36,623 nucleotides of DNA from Basidiobolus meristosporus CBS 931.73 (GCA_002104905.1 MCFE01000781.1:1-36623); one strand, 5' to 3'; counted from the stretch's first letter, positions 1 to 12,288 are shown. Made by a program: numbers and translations. Notes: generated from the sequence alone by a model not told the origin.

Positions 1-150
1 CCATGTGAGAGTGGTAACGGCATAGAGTTCATTTTGGGTAGGTAGGTTGGTGTTGTAGTCTTGATAATATTGGTAGTCTTGTTTCAATAAATGGGTAACG
101 GCTCAAATCTTCAGGTAAATCTTGTAGGGTCCTAGGGAGCTTGTATGAAC

Positions 151-168
151 CCCCCACGTTGGGTGCCA
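151..168 (-). mobile_element. Primer-binding site (tRNA-Lys type) of an LTR retroelement whose body runs off the left edge
   Basis: The minus strand reads TGGCACCCAACGTGGGGG, 4 nt (TATT) after the LTR end at 173. It differs from the classic tRNA-Lys PBS TGGCGCCCAACGTGGGG by one G>A at a CpG. Confidence 0.8.
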
Positions 169-172
169 AATA

Positions 173-1251
173 TGTGGTGGTGTATAAGTCCAAAGGGCAA
201 AATACGGCCAACACTTCTCAAGTGTGAATGTGTGTGGGGTGTTCACTGGGTGCAATAACCTCTGGCAAAAGCTTGCTAGGAATACTGGGTCTTTTATCTA
301 ATCTAATGTGATGGGGGATAAAGCCTCAAGCTTGTCAAGGGAAAACTATTGAACTACAATCCCCAACTTAGTTGGCGTCTTAACAAAAGTTTATAATGGC
401 TTCGACGTCCTTTGAGATGACAATGTACTAAAGCTTCCAAAGTCAAAACAACTGTAAACTCCACCAACAGGGACTTGATAAGAATGCAGCTTTGACCAAT
501 AGTTACAAAGACTGAAAAGTATCTTTGCCTGTACAAGAACAAACTTGGGAAAACAAACAATATAATAAAATATACCTACTCTGAGTATTCCTCACAAGTA
601 GTGCCTCCAAGGTCAGTTGGCTGTCAGCGCGGTTTCCTGGGAGTATCGTCAGGTCTGAGTCAGAAAATAGTGGTAATAGGTAGCGGTGATCTCACTAATC
701 AATAAGTTGGAATATTGGAAGAGGGATGATTTATTTTAAGGGATAGCCTCCCTTATATACTTTTTTGCTGCTCAATTTCTTGCTAGAAAATACTTTCCGG
801 AAGTTTCCAGAAGGTAGTAGACAACCAATCATGTCTTTGTGTACTAAAAATAGCGCAAATTCTTGGCGGATTGTTCCATGAGACATAGTAGCACCTAGCC
901 AATCAGGTAGTGGTAACATGAAACCTCTGTGTCATGTGGTTGCCTCTTATGGTAGTGAGATGGGGGGATTATGAAACCAAGATGGTCACGTGACATGGGC
1001 ACTGTTGGGGTACTTGCCTTATAAGGTAACTCTCTTATCTTGGCATCTCGGCAAGGAATAAGAATAGCTTGTGCAATGGGTTAATAGTGACAAATAGTTT
1101 GTCAGGTTGCATAGTAATAATCACATAGACAAAAATAGGAAATATTGCAAATTTGGGATGATAATAATATAGGCGGGGTAAGCCTTTTTAGGGAAGTGAA
1201 CGCATAAGAATGAGCACATCTGCCTGTGGGTGTCACCGTGACCCCACTACA
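173..1251 (-). mobile_element. 5' LTR (family C, about 1.08 kb) of a minus-strand LTR retrotransposon
   Basis: Ends TGTGGTGG...CCACTACA form an imperfect terminal inverted repeat. It abuts the PBS, and its first ~215 bp recur at 13149-13362. The right boundary is inferred from the terminal motif only. Confidence 0.7.
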
Positions 1252-2210
1252 GCGGTATACGGGGCATTTAAAGCTATATGTTCCTTTTGAGATGACAGAG
1301 AAGTTCCCATGAATTGGCAAGATATTGCTGAGTATCTGCTACTAATACTTGGTTGAATGCAATAATCAACTAATTTTCATTGGGAAGATTTTACTTGAGT
1401 AGACTGGGTTTTGGCTGGGTAAAGGCCAATATTTGCACCATTCAATATAGTATTAATACAAACAAGAATCAGAGCATACCTATAACCTTATGGAAATTAT
1501 TGTGATGATCCCATCAAAAGGCCGTCACAGATTCCAAGTCCCATGACTAAGAGGTACTGATCCAATCTGGACACTGTGCAGAGACTGTTAAAAAATAATT
1601 GCACCCCAGATTTCACAAAAAACTTGGTCAAAATTTCTCATCTCAACAATATATTAGTGGCTTTATATTGGTACCCTGCCAATTTGCCCACTTTCTGATC
1701 CCAGATGCTCAATCACCTCCTAAACTTGTGCACATTGATTGGCTATTGCCTCTTTTTCACACTCCTTACTTCCTAACTCAACCATTTCTCTTACCTCTAT
1801 GCATATGAAATGATTTATTTCCATTGAAGCTTCAGTTGTACCTCAATTGCCAATTGTATTGACATATACAAGTCCCTATACCCTACACTAACATTGAGCC
1901 CAACCCCACACTCAACAGGTAGCTACATCAAAATCTACCATTCAATAAGTAATTCTGCTGTAATGCTCTGTTTGCATGACTCCAGTGGGAACCCAACAGC
2001 TTTATACCACTGTTCATTCACTGATTCCCACATGTCCTGGTCTTTGACCAGCACTGCAAGGTCTAGCACCTAATCTGCTAATCTTTGCAATAAACCCTTG
2101 CAATATTCAAGTGAATTTTCTTGAGCACTGCTCTTGAAGAAGTACTGCAACCACTTGGTGTGCCCATTAATGCTCCAAAATTCCAACAAAGCCTTAGCCA
2201 TGGCACCCTT

Positions 2211-2584
2211 TGTGGGTTATTACTGACTGTACTTGGTGAGTGGGAGAGCTTGTAGGTCAAGTCAGTACCACTTGGTTCAGAATAGCTTCCGATAGAAGGT
2301 AGAAAGGTAATAAAGACTTGTGTTTATTTTGTCCCAAATCTCCTTGTTCTCTTGCTTGGTTCAATTGGGTAGATATATATCACTTGGGGGCTTAGATAAT
2401 AGACAATGTGATATAAAATAGGGGTGTGAACACCTTCCTATTATGGTAAGTGTTCTAACTAGATAAGGGCAGGGATAGGAGGGAGGGCACATGGGGGAAT
2501 CATAAGGAGGATACTGGGGGACTTTGGGTAGGACTCTGGGGAGAGCTCTTGGGCAAAGAGTGGGTACTGCATTTAGTACTCACA
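2211..2584 (-). repeat. 3' LTR of the family A element
   Basis: TGTGGG...CTCACA. 10 substitutions in 374 bp against 9391-9764 by manual comparison (7 transitions, 3 transversions). Confidence 0.95.
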
Positions 2585-2884
2585 TATCCCAGGGGTTAAG
2601 AGGGAGCTTTGTCCTTGAAGTTCTTTTGACTAACTCGCTTCTCCAGGGTCAATTTTGTTCACAGAGCATGGGGAGTCACCATAGTACCATTGCTGGTTGT
2701 CACTTGCAAGGGGGTTGCGGGCAAATGCATGATACCATTAGGTGGCAGAGTGGGGTGCGGCTTGCGTAGCTTGAGGGATATTTTCCACAGAGCCAAATAG
2801 TTGGCAAACCATAGGGTTCTGGGTAAGTTCCTTGGGATGGTTGGAGAACAAGAAAAGGTGCAATAGCGCAATAAAGTCTTGCTT

Positions 2885-4605
2885 CTATATCTTGCAAACG
2901 TTGTCAGGGCTTGTCCTTTTTGTGTTCAATATGACGGCAGGGGACCTTTTGAAGAGGGCGTACACTTGGTTGGCAGTCACCCATTGTTGGTAACAAGTTT
3001 TTGCTTCTTCCAAGACGTATTGTAGTTCTTCTGTAGAAGCTGTGGCACAATCAAGGCGTTTTTGTACTTGCCTCATGGTTTCTACAGAGTCCGCGGCGGT
3101 TTCTTTGGCTTCTTGGAGTTGGACTTTGTACTGATTCTTGAGTTGTCCTATGGTAAACCACTGTAATAGTTGTAACACAGCAACTTGGTGGATTGCATGG
3201 GCTAACTGGCCGGTGTATTTAATCTGTTCTTGTATCTTCTCTAAGATGGTTCCTTCTTGGAAATGCGGTTTGAGATGTTTGCAAATTTCTTGGAGGAGTC
3301 CTTTGATTGGGAGTTCTACTACTGGTGCTCTTGCTGCTTGTACCAGGTCTGCATATACCTCAACAACCGTGGTACCTATCAATGGCAAGTATGCAACAAA
3401 ACAGGGGGGCTTTCAAGGTCTTGTGAGGGCGCAACAGTTGATTCCTTGTGTCTTCTGTCTGACTGTGTCCAGTATGGATACGGTGTGGTAGGGTAAACAT
3501 ACCTCCCACAGACAAGTTTATTCACATAGTCATTATGATATACTTATTCATATTTTATCTTATCAGTATTATCCCATTCTTCTTTTGCCCATATTATCAG
3601 TATTATCCCCATATGATGTTTACCCTGATTAGTTATTAGCATTTGTTATCCCAGATGTTATTCAGCTTTGTGATCAGTAGAAGTATTTATATAAGGCAAG
3701 TACCCGTGTCAGTACCTGTGACACATGACCTAGGTCTGTGTTACCATCCCTACCATTTCAATACCATATATGGTATTTCTATGTTGCACAGGTTTCAGAA
3801 CTGATTCCTGATTGGTTGAGAGTGCTGTGCCTTTTAGAACCTTCTAGGACATTCTTGGCATATTTTTAGCTCATAGTGGTGTCATCAAGAATTCCACTGA
3901 TACCTAGAATCTTCTAGAACCCTGTCATTAGTAATCACTTGGCAATCAGGAAAAGTATTTAAGGGAAAGCAATCCCTCATCAATAAATCATCCCTTCTAT
4001 CAGTAACACTTCTACCTTATTGATTAGCAGTTGATCACTGCACCTGCCTTCAACAGTACATCTCAGACCTGCCATCAAGGAGCTTTTCAGGGTAGTGCAC
4101 AAGATACACAGAGGCCTTTGGAGACACTTGGAGCACCTAGGAAGCTAGAGAAGCAGGAGCTTTTACCATAGTGACATATTGACAAAAACACCAGCAGTTT
4201 AGACACAGAGGTTATTGCACCCATCATACACCTCACACACCTTGAGTTGTGTAGCTTCTCCCAGGAGTACCTCTACACCACCACAACGGGAATCAGTGCG
4301 GTGTCCTTCTCCTTAATGATCAAGGAACCTCCTCTTAGGTGGTATATGGTCTTCTCGGGTAGTATCTCCATGCTTTGCATTGGCGTAGGTAACTTGTCTT
4401 GTCCCTCTCTGATTGTGTCTTGTATCAATGTGACTGCTCCAGCAAACGACTCTTCATAGGTGGCTCTTGTTGCACGTAATGCTTGTACCATATCTCTCAA
4501 CACTTGCAGGTTGGTTTCGTTGTTGATATCATCTTGGTTCTTGCTGGTGGGAGGGGTATTGCCAGTTTTGGGTGAACTGTTTCCTTCTGCACTTTCCATT
4601 TGCAT
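2885..4605 (-). pseudogene. Extra ORF(s) downstream of pol in the family A element, interrupted by a solo LTR; coiled-coil-like, function unknown
   Basis: ORF 4605-4273 (MQMESAEG...EKDTALIPV) is cut at the 3484-4285 insertion. ORF 3388-2885 (QLKNQYKVQLQEAKETAADSVETMRQVQKRLD) is on the same strand as gag-pol. Joining them needs one frameshift. Confidence 0.55.
3484..4285 (+). mobile_element. Solo LTR (family B, 802 bp) inserted in the family A element
   Basis: TGTGGTAG...CCACCACA termini, 4-bp TSD ACGG (3480-3483, 4286-4289), TATA-like and AATAAA signals on the + strand, homologous to 11094-12288. Confidence 0.9.
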
Positions 4606-4659
4606 TCTTTTGCTCTCCCCTTTGGGGAAACTTCCTTGCGCATATCATTTGTACCTATA

Positions 4660-5769
4660 TCAGCTAAAATCTCCTCTAATAAACCTTGTAAGTATCCTGT
4701 GTATTCCTCTATCCTTGTCCTGATAATAGTTTGATTGCACTTTGGTTTCAATGATGATCAGTGGATCATCTTGAAACAGTTTCAGATGGGCTGGCGCTAC
4801 GTTGCTGATTGTCTTGTTGTTCAGGGTAATGGTGTACTTTGGCCTGTGGTCCAAGCTAATGACGGTGCAAGGGCCAATCCATTGGGGTGTAAATTGTGGG
4901 CAAAATTTGAGGCCTGCAACGGTTTGATTGTACCACACTTTATTGCCTGGTTTCCACTTTTGTCCCGTTAGTTTCTCATTTTTGGGTGGAGGGGGAAGGT
5001 GCTTGTTGACATTTTTGAATACTTTTATGTATAGGTGGGCAATACAGTGTATCAACCTTTCTACATAGTTGTTATGTGTTGTCAAGGGGACACCTTCCAT
5101 TGTCAATCCAGCTTCTTCACGCCACTTGGGCCTTTGTCAGTACAGAACTTTGTACGGGGAGAAACCTGTTGTTTTATTTGGTATTGTGCGCATTGCTAGG
5201 AGTGTCAGTGGGAGTAGCTAGGCCCATGATTGGGGTAGTTCCCAGTGGTGCTTCTCTAGTATGCAGCAACACGTCTGGTTCATCCTCTTGGTTAATCCAT
5301 TGGTCTAGGGGTGATACGCGGCTGTGAAGACCTGTTTCACACCCATCATTTTGCACAAGTGGGCCATGGTGTTGTTCAGGAAGGAGCCATCATTGTTGGA
5401 CAGGAGTATCTGAGGATATCCGTGCTGGCATATGAGGTGTTCTAGAATGAATTGGGTGGTTGTCTTCTGGTCTTTATTTTGGATGGCTTGGGCTTCTACC
5501 CACTTTGAGAAATAATTGGTAGCAATTATTATGTATTGTTCTCCTTTCTTTGTTTTCATAAAGGGCCCAACAAAGTTGATCCCTACCCAATAGAAGGGTA
5601 GGTCAAGCGGTATTGGTGCGGTTGCCTCTATCTTTTGACTTTGGTTAAATCTTTTGCAGGTGGAGCATCTTTGTAGTGTATTCACAACATTGGTCATCAT
5701 TTTTTTCCAATAAAATGTCTTTCTTAACATCTTGTATGTTGTTAGAGGGTTAGCATGTCCTAATGACAT
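4660..5769 (-). pseudogene. pol: Ty3/gypsy integrase (HHCC, core, GPY/F-type tail; no chromodomain seen)
   Basis: LGHAN...CSTC zinc finger; WVGINFVGP, IATNYFSKW and LLSNNDGSF (catalytic Asp positions read Asn); QWIGPCTVI. Split over two frames. Confidence 0.92.
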
Positions 5770-6090
5770 ATGTCTTTCTTGTATGATTTCTTTGCGGGCA
5801 GTTATTGGGGGTACCTCAACTCTAAACTGTCCTTGGAGGAACCATAATCAGTTTTCTTGTACTTTGTACTGACACCATTTCTTTCAAAAGTCCCTCTTCT
5901 GCTTGTTTGTAATGACGTGTTTGGGATACTTCCCTCCTCTTTTAAAGCAGATTACATCTTTGTAGTCATTGCTGACGTGTACTTGGCAAATGGGATAGCG
6001 ACTGAGGAAGTCTGCGTCTTGGTGTTTCTTGCCAGCGCAATGAATTATTTTGAAGTCATATTCTTGTAGTTGGAGGGCCCAACGTGCTAG

Positions 6091-7217
6091 TCAACCGGTA
6101 AAGTCTTTAGTTTTCATCAGCCAGACCAGTGCACTGTGGTCCGTTACTATCATGAATTGGTGACCATGTATGTATGTGTGGAATTGTTTAATTGAATAAA
6201 CAACAGCCAGACATTCTATCTTGGTAACGGGGTAGTGACATTTGTGTTTGTTTAACAAACAGCTCACGTAACCAATTGGGTGGAATTTGCCAGGTTGGTG
6301 GTATTGTCCCAGTATGGCGCCTATACCAGTGAGACTTCCATCACAGTTAATAAAAAATCTCGCATCCCAATTGGGAAAACATAACACTGGTGGTGACGTC
6401 AGGGAATGTTTCAGCTGATTGAATGCTCACTTTTGAGGCTCCGACCAACAAAACACTGGCCTTTTTGCGTCAATTTGTATAGGGGGGCTGCTATCATCGC
6501 AAAGTTTTTGACAAAGCGGCAATAGTAGCCGGCTAATCCTAGGAATCCCAACACTGCATTAATACCCTTTGGTGTGGGTGTATCTTGAACGGCTTTCAGG
6601 AGTGAAGTAGGTGGGTATATTCCATCTGCCAAGATCTTGTGGCCCAGGAACAACAATTTTGTATACAGGAAATGGCACTTCTTGGGATGTAGTTTGAGTT
6701 GGTTCTTGAGGAGGGCTGTCAGGATACGTTGCACGTTGTGTATATGTTCTTCTACATCGGGGGAATATATTGTGATGTTGTCCAGATACACAAGAGCGCA
6801 TTCCCATTGTAGATTTCCTAGCACCTTCTTGATCATCCTTTGGAACGTAGTGGGGGCATTGCACAAGCCAAAGGGTAGTCAGTTCCATTTGTTTAATCCA
6901 AACAATGTTATAAGAGCGGTGTTGGGTTGATCTTCTGGGGCTACTTCTACTTGCCAATACCCGGAGATTAAGTCAAGAGAGCTAAAATATTTAGCCCCAA
7001 TTAATCTGTCCAACAGGTTGTCTATTTGCGGTAGTGGATACACGTCCTTCTGGGTGACGGCATTTGATTTTTGGTAGTCAATGCAAAAGCCTTGCTTTCC
7101 ATCTTTCTTTGGAACTATCACTACGGGGGAGGCCCATGAAGACTGGCTCTCTGTAATGATATTGTCTTTCAATAAAGTTTCAACCATCTCTTTGATATAG
7201 TCCGTGTCAATTTTCAA
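6091..7217 (-). pseudogene. pol: Ty3/gypsy reverse transcriptase and RNase H
   Basis: SSWASPVVIVPKKDG, FCIDYQK, YPLPQID, SLDLISGYWQV, NAPTTFQR, VYLDNI (YLDD mutated), LGFLGLAGYY, CDGSLTGIGAIL, TDHSAL. Fragmented by stops and frameshifts. Confidence 0.95.
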
Positions 7218-7991
7218 GTTCCTATAGGCTTTTTGCTTGATGGGGTATTTGTCAGTGAGGTCAATTTGGCGATATACCCCAGGTATATGACCAATTACTT
7301 GGCTCTTAGAGAATACTCAGGCAAGCGGGCGTATTCCTTCTAGGAACTTGTCTCATAATGCAGGCGGTAGACCGGGGTCTACATCTAGTTTGGGGAGTTC
7401 TTCTTCTGGTTCCTTGTTTGTAGGTGGTCCTTGGTCGTTTCCGTCAACTTCCTCTAGGTTTAACAATAGTACTCCTCTAGGCAATGTCACCGTGTGTCGC
7501 CCGTTGTTGACCACTAAGCACTTCAGACTTTGCATTTCAAATTTCGGTGGTATCCATACTTTAGGGATTGAGATCCCTTCCAGTTGCTCGGATGCCTTTG
7601 CTGCAGTTATCATTGTTCCGCTCGTCAAATACGCTATTGGTGTCTCTAATGAGATCACCGTCTCACTGGCAGGTGGTATTTATATCACCTTTTGTGTGAT
7701 GATTGGAGACTACAATGGTTTCACTTCTTCAATTGTCACACTGTTGATACACGCCTTGCTCTCATTGGTGATATGAATCAGTGGGATACTCTTGGTATCG
7801 CACCTGAGTTCAGATGCACTGTAAAGTATATCCATCTTATGTTGGATAAACCAAATCTTGCCAATGAGTAAGTTGTTGGCAGTGACGGGTAGAACCACAA
7901 CATCTTGGTGTATTATCAAGTTGCCTAGCCAGATGGGGCAATTAGGCACCACACCTACCATTGTGTCCAGTTGGTCATTTGCTAGCCGTAC

Positions 7992-8351
7992 TCAAATGGT
8001 GTTGTTGGGGACTATGTCTAATTTTAGACGTTTAGCTAATGACTCTGACATGATCAATGTAGAGGACCCTGTGTCAATAAGGGCAAGAATCTCTTTATTC
8101 TCTATACGTACCTTTACGTATGTACCTTTATTTGGTTTTTGCAGGACCGTCTGGTTGACATGAAGGGTTGTTATCTCCTTCAATCCCTCTATCAGTTCCT
8201 TGACTAGAGCCGGGGCAAGTCCCAGTAAATTGGTTATTGGGAGGATTGCCTTGGTTTGCTCTAGTACCTTCATTATGGGGAATAGGCCATGGGAAGACGT
8301 GCCAGCATTCTTTGTTTGTTTTAACACTTCTTCCCAAGGCTCATTCTGCAC
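7992..8351 (-). pseudogene. pol: Retrotransposon aspartic protease
   Basis: ILALIDTGSSTLIMSESLAKRL motif lying between gag and RT. Confidence 0.88.
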
Positions 8352-8578
8352 TTCTTCACCTAATTCCGCGTTCTTTCCTTTTGATGGAACCTCTACTACA
8401 GGTTTCTATGCCTTGTCTCTAGAAGCATCATGTTGACGCTTCTTCTTCCGCACTTTGACTGTCCTGACCAGAGGGCTTAGATTGACTGAGTCCCATTGGC
8501 CTCCTGGCAAGGGACTCTGTCTTTTGATGCCTTCTGCTCTTTTGTGTCCGGTATGGCTTCTTGTCCGTACTGTTTTTC

Positions 8579-9349
8579 ACATTTGTGAGCCCGGTGACCT
8601 ATTTCTCTACACACATAACACAGATACTGTTGTTGCAGTTGTTCCATCTTTTGGGTCAGGGCTTGTACCTGGGTCTTTAGATCTACAACAGCTTCCCAGA
8701 GTTTATCACTTTCTTTGGGGACTTCTTGGTCATTGTTGATTGAGAGTTCTTGGACCGTTTGCTGTAATTCCTCTAGCTCATGGTCTTTTGGGGAGGCAAT
8801 TTTTCCTTTCTTATGGGGGATCCCTGTCCTTCAATCATTTGTATCACTATAGGGTAGCCCCCATAGCAAGATGACCCCTTGCACTTGTTCAACCAGCTCT
8901 TGCAGCGTTTTACATCCCTGTTGTTCTTTGGATGCCCTATGTCTTATTTTGTCGTCTAAGCACATGATGTAATACCTCATGAGCTGTTGTTTGGTGATTT
9001 CATCATTCAAGAGACATAAAACTTGCTGGAGGAACAGTTCAGTGTAGGCTTCATAGCTCACACTGCTTTTCTTCCGTGAGGACAGTAGAAGGGCTTTGTA
9101 GTGGTACCCTTTGGCATATAGAAAGCATGTCTTGTAGGCTTCTTCTAGTGCATCACAGTTGTCTTTAACTGCATCTTCCAACCCATAATGCCATTGCCAT
9201 GCTGACCCTTCCATATGTCTTGCAAACTCCCTTACTTTCTTATTGTTGTCCCATCCTGCATCAACCGTAACTCTCTCAAACTTATCAAACCACTCAAGGG
9301 CTTTCTCTCTCTTTCCCTTGTATGTTTTTAGTTTGATTGTAGTAGTCAT
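8579..9349 (-). pseudogene. gag: Ty3/gypsy gag with CCHC zinc knuckle
   Basis: EWFDKFERV...GWD...MEGSAWQWH capsid-like ORF (8831-9349). Knuckle CYVCREIGHRAHKC at 8579-8620. Confidence 0.88.
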
Positions 9350-9374
9350 TACCTCACTTGTGCTTATTTCCGCA

Positions 9375-9386
9375 GAGACGGCACCA
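9375..9386 (-). mobile_element. Primer-binding site, probably tRNA-His
   Basis: The minus strand reads TGGTGCCGTCTC, 4 nt (TATT) after the 5' LTR. It resembles the complement of the tRNA-His 3' end as I recall it (about TGGTGCCATCTC in yeast). Confidence 0.7.
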
Positions 9387-9390
9387 AATA

Positions 9391-9764
9391 TGTGGGTTAT
9401 TACTGACTGTACTTGGTGAGTGGGAGAGCTTGTAGGTCAAGTCAGTACCACTTGGTTCAGAATAGCTTCCAATAGAAGGTAGCAAGGTAATAAAGACTTG
9501 TGTTTAATTTGTCCTAAATCTCCTTGTTCTCTTGCTTGGTTCAATTGGGTAGATATATATCACTTGGGGGCTTAGATAATAGACAATGTGTTATAAAATA
9601 GGGGTGTGAACACCTTCCTATTATGGTAAGTGTTCTAACTAGATAAGGGCAGGGATAGGAGGGAGGGCGTGTGGGGGAATCATAGGGAGGATACTGGGGG
9701 ACTTTGGGTAGGACTCTGGGGAGAACTCTTGGGCAAAGAGTGGGTACTGCATTTAGTACTCACA
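9391..9764 (-). repeat. 5' LTR of the family A element
   Basis: 374 bp, near-identical to 2211-2584, followed on the minus strand by the PBS and gag. Confidence 0.95.
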
Positions 9765-11093
9765 CCCTTGATCTTCTGCCTTTGATAGTCTCTGCTGTTG
9801 TTGAGTTACTTGGTTAGCATACCAATACTGTTCCAAAATTTATTTGCCTGTTTGAATCCAGGATAATGCTCATGGAGCAAGTCCAGTGCATTATGCTTGT
9901 CCTTGAGTTCTTGATGTTTACATGGTATACCAGCCTTGAGGTGATGGAATGCTAGACTTCAGACAGTCAAATGAATGTTAGCCCACTTTTCATTATGGCA
10001 CACAGTGGCTTCAGATATCTTCAATTTCTTTTGATATTTAGGCTTTGATATAATCACCACATTGTCTCCCTCCTATGCTGTGATAGGTTTTTCTCTGGGT
10101 TTTATATTTGGGTTGTTGTTCTGCTTCAAAGATTGTACAGTGTTTCTCTATTGTTACCTCCAGAAATGGCTGAATTCTTGGCTATGACATTGAGCTACTT
10201 GAGTTCCTTCATTGAAGATAAGATACTGCTTTCTCTACCTGGGTTATTGATTGCCCTTCATGTCTTATCTGCTCATCCTAGTTCTAGAATATTTCCTGAT
10301 TTCTTTGTGCCATCACATCTAATGTATCAGCATCTGCACCTAATTGCTTCATAAATGCTTTGGTACAAGCTGACAACATTCTTGCTAATATGGGTGATGG
10401 TGGTGTCATAGCAGCCACTTACTGGTCATCAACTGATGGTACTGCATTTGTTACACTCTCATCTGCCTGGGCACAACAGTCAGCTTGCAGCTCCACAGAG
10501 GTTCTCAATTGCCTACTTGACTGAGAGCCTGAGGAGTCTGCATTATTACCTTCAGTGGGCACAATGTCAACATTGCCTTTTTTGGATGTAGCCCCACTTA
10601 TTGCACTGAATGTCAAAGCAAGCAGTTGTCCAGCTGTTCTTTGGCTGCTGTCAGCTGTGAGGTTTGGTTGATAACCAGACAACTTTGCTCTATTTTAAAC
10701 CAAAGAGGAAATAGTGTTACTTATACATGGGTATGTGGTACCACAACTTCATTTATAATGCTTAATATAGCAGGTCAGCATTGAATCTTACATTCATGTA
10801 GTTGCAATGTCTCAAATACAAGACTGTCTTATATTTACATGAGCATTGGCCAAAAAGTGATACAATAGCATTATGTTGTTGAAGGTCAAATTGTTTGCCC
10901 CATGGACAAGACTACTTTGACTCAACACTGTAACAGAAGAGAAAAAAGTCCATGTGGCTATTGTAGTAAGCCTCTCAGCCATGAAGCACATAGACAGCAT
11001 AGGAAGTAGTACAAGGATCACGGCCAGTGTTTTGCCACAGAAGTCATATTTGACCATACATCAATTACTACTGTACCAACAATAATTTTTAAG

Positions 11094-12288
11094 TGAGGTA
11101 GTGTAAACATACCTCTTACAGACAGGTTTATCCATATAGCTATTATGATGATATTATCCATATTCTATCTTATCAGTATTGTCCCATTCTTCTTTGCCCA
11201 TAGTATTAGTATTATCCCCATATGATGTTACTCCTTATTAGTTATTGGCATTAGTTATCCCCAATGCTATTTAGCTTTGTGATCAGTATATGTATCTGCA
11301 TTAGGCAAGTACCCATATCAGAACCTGTGACACATGACCTAAATCTGTGTTACCATCCCTATCATTGCAATACCATATATGGCATCTCTATGCTACAAAG
11401 GTTTCAGACTACTGATCCCTGATTGGTTGAATGTGCTGTGCCTTTTAGAACCTTCAAGGACCTTCTTAGAGTATTTTTAGCTCATAGTGATGTCATCAAA
11501 ATTTCCACCAATGCCTGGAATCATCTAGAACCTTGTCATTACTAATCACTTGCAATCTGGAAGAGTATATAAGGGAAGTCAATCCCTCATCAATCAATCA
11601 TCCCTTCTGTCAGTAGCACTACTCCCTTATTGATTAGCAGTTGATCACTGCACCTGCCTTCAACAGTTGCACCTCAGACCAGCCATCAAGGAGCTTTTCA
11701 GGGTAGTGCACAGTGTGGGTTATTACTGACTGTACTTGGTGAGTGGGAGAGCTTGTAGGTCAAGTCAGTACCACTTGGTTCAGAATAGCTTCCAATAGAA
11801 GGTAGCAAGGTAATAAAGACTTCTGTTTATTTCGTCCAAATCTTGTTGTTCTTCCTGGTTCATATGGGTAGATATATATATCACTTGGGGGGGCTTAGAC
11901 AATAGACAATGTGTTATAAAATAGGGGTGTGAACACCTTCCTGTTATGGTAAGTGTTCTAACTAGATAAGGGCAGGGATAGGAGGGGAGGACACGTGGGG
12001 GAATCATAGGGAGGGTACTGGAGGACTTTGGGTAGGACTCTGGAGGGAACTCTTGGGAGAACTCTTGGGCGAAGAGTGGGTACTATATTGAGTACTCACA
12101 CACAGGACACACAGAGGTCTTTGGAGATGCTTTGAGCACCAAGGAAGCTAGAGAAGCAGGAGTTTTTACCATAGTAACATATTGGCAATGACACCAGCAG
12201 TTTAGACCCATAGGTTATTGCACCCATGAGACACCTCACACACCTTGAGTTGTGTAGCTTCTCCTAGGAGTACCTCTGCTCCAGCACA
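11094..12288 (+). mobile_element. Family B LTR copy, split by a family A solo LTR
   Basis: Colinear with 3484-4285 once 11714-12100 and one TSD copy are removed. TGAGGTAG...CAGCACA termini. No matching TSD (TAAG versus CTGG). Confidence 0.85.
11714..12100 (-). mobile_element. Solo LTR of family A
   Basis: Homologous to 2211-2584 (387 bp with a small internal duplication). 5-bp TSD CACAG (11709-11713, 12101-12105). Confidence 0.93.

Larger units (their letters stand above)
2211..9764 (-). mobile_element. Full-length, degenerate Ty3/gypsy LTR retrotransposon (family A)
   Basis: Two 374-bp TG...CA LTRs (2211-2584, 9391-9764), 5-bp TSD CCCTT (2206-2210, 9765-9769), a PBS, and domain order gag-PR-RT-RH-IN on the minus strand. 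Many stops and frameshifts. Confidence 0.97.

Noticed and set aside
1252-2210. Minus-strand frame that continues across the CCCTT TSD from ~9900 (…DYQRQKIKGAMAKALLEFWSING…)
   Set aside because: It supports the insertion site but is stop-riddled, CpG-depleted and unassignable, so it is not called as a gene.
2585-2600. Expected polypurine tract of the family A element
   Set aside because: The minus strand shows only ...CCCCTGGGATA before the LTR, too weak to call.
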